Shown here: positions 62,040 to 64,000 of the stretch, one piece after another
Position numbering within the stretch: position 1 is the stretch's first letter
Layout: each line of letters begins with the position of its first letter
Source of the DNA: Eukaryota sp. TZLM1-RC
Taxonomy: Eukaryota; Protista; Metamonada: BaSk clade
Direction: 5' to 3'
DNA length: 64,000 bases
Assembly (NCBI GenBank): GCA_040285825.1
Contig: JAUPSS010000004.1
Coordinates: 2,584,550-2,648,549, forward strand
The notes under the pieces: generated by a model
Database searches by the model: none
Told to the model about the DNA's origin: nothing
The model's input: the letters and a program-made list of their open reading frames with translations, nothing else
Program-made: the position numbers and the translations under genes

Positions 62040-62330
62040 ATGTCATTCAACCCTGTTGAGTTACTTTCCTCATTTATGTCCTAATCCTTGGATTTCAATT
62101 TTTCGTTGACCAATAGGAGCATACGTTGTTGTTTTCATAGGAACCCGTGGAGCCATTGTTTCGTCCATCATGAGCACAAGTCGAGGATGGTTTTTCTTTA
62201 CTCTGCACCAATACTGAATTAGTTTCCACACCAACAGTAAATTCTTTCTCATTGAAGTGCATTCTTTTCAGCGATTTATTGTCTTTGCAATTGATCTACG
62301 AAGTCCAGACACTAGTCAGTGTTCCATATT
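62040..62330 (-). mobile_element. pogo transposase fragment
   Basis: LVLMMDETMAPRVPMKTTTYAPIGQRKIEIQG resembles LVLEMDEILAPWCPLSDYTYAEKGSETIKITG of 33795-34211. Confidence 0.7.
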
Positions 62331-62599
62331 TTCAATGGCAAATGTAAAAGAATCATGTATTTGTTAAAAAACTGTAAATGAATGGGAGTATGAGTTGATT
62401 TTCAAAGAAAACTCTAGATCATGAAGAAGGCCCAGTGAACAAATTCACTCTTTATTACACTTTATCTTTATCATCAAAATAGGAGAGTGTAGCAAGAGCT
62501 TCGGTTACAAAGTGGTAAAATTTACATAGTATTGTAGAGTACTTTGGTTATGTAGTGGCGAATTATTTGAAACGATTCAGAGCTGAACTTAAGGAAGGG

Positions 62600-63150
62600 T
62601 TTAAATTTACAAGAATACAAATGGGCGAACTCAGAACCATTTTTTGCTTTGTTGATGTGGGATCATCAGCATTTTCATGAATTTCCAAACGCTTTTGAAG
62701 TTTGTTAGTAGTTGAATAATCATTCTATGGTTTCACTTGAAGCTGTTATGTTTTATGGCAGAATTGACATTTTCACTCAGTTGCACAACGCTAATTTTTA
62801 TCACTAGGAATTAAAGAAATGCTTGAAAGCGTTGGTGCTACGAAATTTATTCAAATCATCGGTGATGATGCTTGTGGTGGTGGCTGCTGTCGGAACAGTG
62901 ATTGGAAAAATTCTAGAATTTCTGCTGTGACGTGCAACTTCCACATGTTGATCCTTTCCTTGAAAATATGAATTTTACATTAGTTACTTTCTTACCGCTA
63001 CGCAAGACATTGTTCATGTTCTGAAAAAACTTCATATAATCATTGACCTATGGAACGCCATTTCGAACTTGCTGAGTATGTGGTGAAAGAACAAAGCACA
63101 ACAACAAACTATTGTTCAAAGTTAACCCGCTTCAAAGGTATGAACAAGTC
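62600..63150 (+). mobile_element. hAT transposase fragment
   Basis: SVGATKFIQIIGDDA...VTCNFHMLILSLK (second catalytic D plus CxxH). Confidence 0.55.
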
Positions 63151-63372
63151 CAATGCCACCCGATATAAAAAGAGCATCTTGCTTATTGGTTTAACCTTTC
63201 TTTATAAATAATTGTTGTTGAAATTTGCACACTGTTACCAAATAGTGCATTCGTATGAACACACAATATTTACAAATAGCTGGGAATTGTTAAATTGGGA
63301 ACATTTCAAAATGCGCCCAAAATTCCCACTATTTTTTGAACCAATTTTAATCTAGGGTACCATTATTTTGTC

Positions 63373-64000
63373 TAGGTCCCAGTATTAAACTAACACGCTC
63401 AGACTTGACTCCAAATTGAGTCTAACTCTTTATAAACTTACCATATTCCGAAAAAAAGGACTCACAAAATATGGCAACTAAAAAACTTGGCGAATATTCA
63501 AATCTCTTGTAAAATTCGCCATTAGTTTCCACCGATCATATCTTTTTTAAAAAATTCAAAGATTCAAAAGAAGTAGATGTATTTCAAGATCAATAACATA
63601 AAGTTAAACAATAATACCATCCTTTTCTGAAGACAATTCATCTCCATCAATCCATTCCGGTCGATTTGCTGCTTCAAATACAACTTCGTTACCACCATTT
63701 TTTTTTCATCAAACTGTGCTCAAAGGTTTCAATAATCCATTCTCCAATTTTTTGGTTTAATAATGGAAGTGGCTACATCTAAGTTTACATTTTTTGGTTG
63801 AGTACCAGCATTGAAATCTTTGGAGAAGTTTCTCTGGGCACCAAACTGTAAATTTTGACTTCAGTTAATCTTTGAATGGTTTATTTACAGCAACATCCAA
63901 AATAGAAAAATGATGGGTTGCCTTGACATGAATTTCGTAGAAGTCAAGATTGAGTTCTGAGATGAAGGTTTTCAGCTGCTTTATGCTATGAGACCACTGA
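63373..64000 (-). mobile_element. End of a hAT element of the same family as 29160-31237
   Basis: TAGGTCCCAGTATTAAACTAACACGCTCAGACTTGACTC is a close inverted match to 31199-31237. Confidence 0.7.

Noticed and set aside
1-64000. Stop-codon reassignment suggested by in-frame TAA/TAG in TE ORFs (for example 52530, 34215)
   Set aside because: Host genes end in TGA, TAG and TAA and have no in-frame stops in exons, and the TE ORFs also carry frameshifts, so decay explains the stops.
1-64000. CRISPR arrays, rRNA or tRNA genes
   Set aside because: No repeat-spacer periodicity or recognisable rRNA/tRNA sequence. The short repeats at 31082-31210, 47682-47709 and 57870-58090 are hAT subterminal motifs.

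Overview
AT-rich eukaryotic genomic DNA, probably from a protist (inference). Four intact host genes sit in a dense field of nested and decayed transposons. The genes are an intronless Hsp70-NBD/coiled-coil/protein-kinase fusion (2863-5346, -), a secreted sphingomyelinase-like metallophosphodiesterase (12647-14024, -, 3 introns), a BPI/LBP lipid-binding protein (20713-22194, +, 2 introns) and a VPS9-domain Rab GEF (37581-39638, +). Their introns are only 26-34 nt and the genetic code is standard. Mobile DNA includes at least five Ty3/Gypsy elements or fragments with very short LTRs (81-154 bp), two Fanzor (eukaryotic TnpB) pseudogenes, several CRE-like RLE non-LTR retrotransposon copies, and hAT, pogo, IS630/Tc1-like and MULE-like DNA transposons. 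Highlights: (1) all three Ty3 elements with a visible 5' LTR/internal junction carry an AATT-centred palindrome starting at the LTR-terminal CA, where a tRNA primer-binding site should be, which suggests a possible tRNA-independent priming or dimerisation mechanism; (2) one of them is a full-length 4385-bp element with identical 94-bp LTRs and no leader or trailer; (3) two divergent Fanzors share a hairpin-rich 3' motif (candidate omegaRNA scaffold); (4) the Hsp70-kinase chimera; (5) a ~180-bp conserved, potentially structured non-coding element in three copies. All calls come from manual reading and motif recall; no database searches were run, and boundaries of decayed elements are approximate.
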